From: a virus
IMG/VR virus record: IMGVR_UViG_3300046780_000464
Span: 12,225 to 76,224 of that record
Strand: one strand, 5' to 3'
DNA: 64,000 bases
The notes beneath the pieces were generated by a model, which saw only the letters and a list, made by a program, of their open reading frames with translations, searched no databases and had not been told where the DNA came from. The position numbers were made by a program, and so were the translations under genes. Positions 63,711 through 64,000 of this stretch are shown one piece after another (the stretch's first letter is position 1; the number at the start of each line of letters is the position of its first letter).

Positions 63711-64000
63711 ATGAAAAAGTTACAACTATTAGCCGGGATCGCCATTATGTCGGCTTTTGCCCTACCTGCTTACGCCACCGAGCAAGGGGGCTGTGATGGT
63801 TGGCCAGCCGACTTCATTGCAAAGTGCAGATCAATACTACAACCCAACGTCCAGAAAGTGGATCCAGTACCCCAATCCGAGTATTCGATGCCAGACCCCG
63901 ACCAGGTTGTTTGTAATCTCGCTAACAAATATGCCGGGGACGGAAACGCTATTCAAATGGGAAATTATGCATACCCAACTAATCGAATCCAGATGCGCTG
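63711..64000 (+). CDS. Exported protein, truncated by the right edge
   Basis: AAAGGA RBS; signal peptide MKKLQLLAGIAIMSAFALPAYA; frame open to the end. Confidence 0.6.
   Translation, partial: MKKLQLLAGIAIMSAFALPAYATEQGGCDGWPADFIAKCRSILQPNVQKVDPVPQSEYSMPDPDQVVCNLANKYAGDGNAIQMGNYAYPTNRIQMR

Noticed and set aside
1-64000. tRNA, rRNA, integrase/att site, replication genes
   Set aside because: No cloverleaf or matching motifs seen by eye; lifestyle and replication mode cannot be decided from this window

Overview
This is a 64-kb slice of a tailed dsDNA phage with a contractile tail (myovirus). Its structural module is of the Bcep781/OP2/AP22/PB1 type: DUF1073 portal, DUF2213 protease, DUF2184 capsid, DUF3383 sheath, DUF3277 tube, baseplate J and DUF2612. 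Family names come from motifs I recognise by eye and from synteny; no database search was run. About 56.5 kb (1-56.7 kb) is one minus-strand late region headed by a NusG/RfaH-like gene and running terminase, portal, an accessory block of about 14 kb, protease, capsid, neck, tail, baseplate and fibres; the last fibre runs off the left edge. From 56.7 kb to the right edge is an early region of short genes driven by seven near-identical sigma70-like promoter cassettes (TTGCAW-N16/17-TATAT). An alphaproteobacterial host is plausible but is inference. I found no tRNA, rRNA, CRISPR array, integrase or DNA polymerase. The most striking observation is that the portal protein is fused in frame to a type IB topoisomerase domain with all five catalytic residues (R756, K794, R850, N893, Y902). 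An A-x-D motif separates the two parts and recurs at module boundaries in the capsid precursor, the protease/scaffold and two large accessory proteins (a NUDIX plus Zn-metallopeptidase protein and a Gly-rich multi-module protein). Together these suggest protease-processed polyprotein cargo packaged in the head and possibly injected; this is inference and needs virion proteomics. Other notable items: a baseplate spike fused to a fibre of about 1,300 aa, a GT9-FkbM fusion among virion genes, a clear -1 frameshift signal in the tail chaperone gene, a tape measure protein with two putative peptidoglycan hydrolase domains, an early ADP-ribosyltransferase-fold gene, and an ops-like element with direct repeats at the late promoter.
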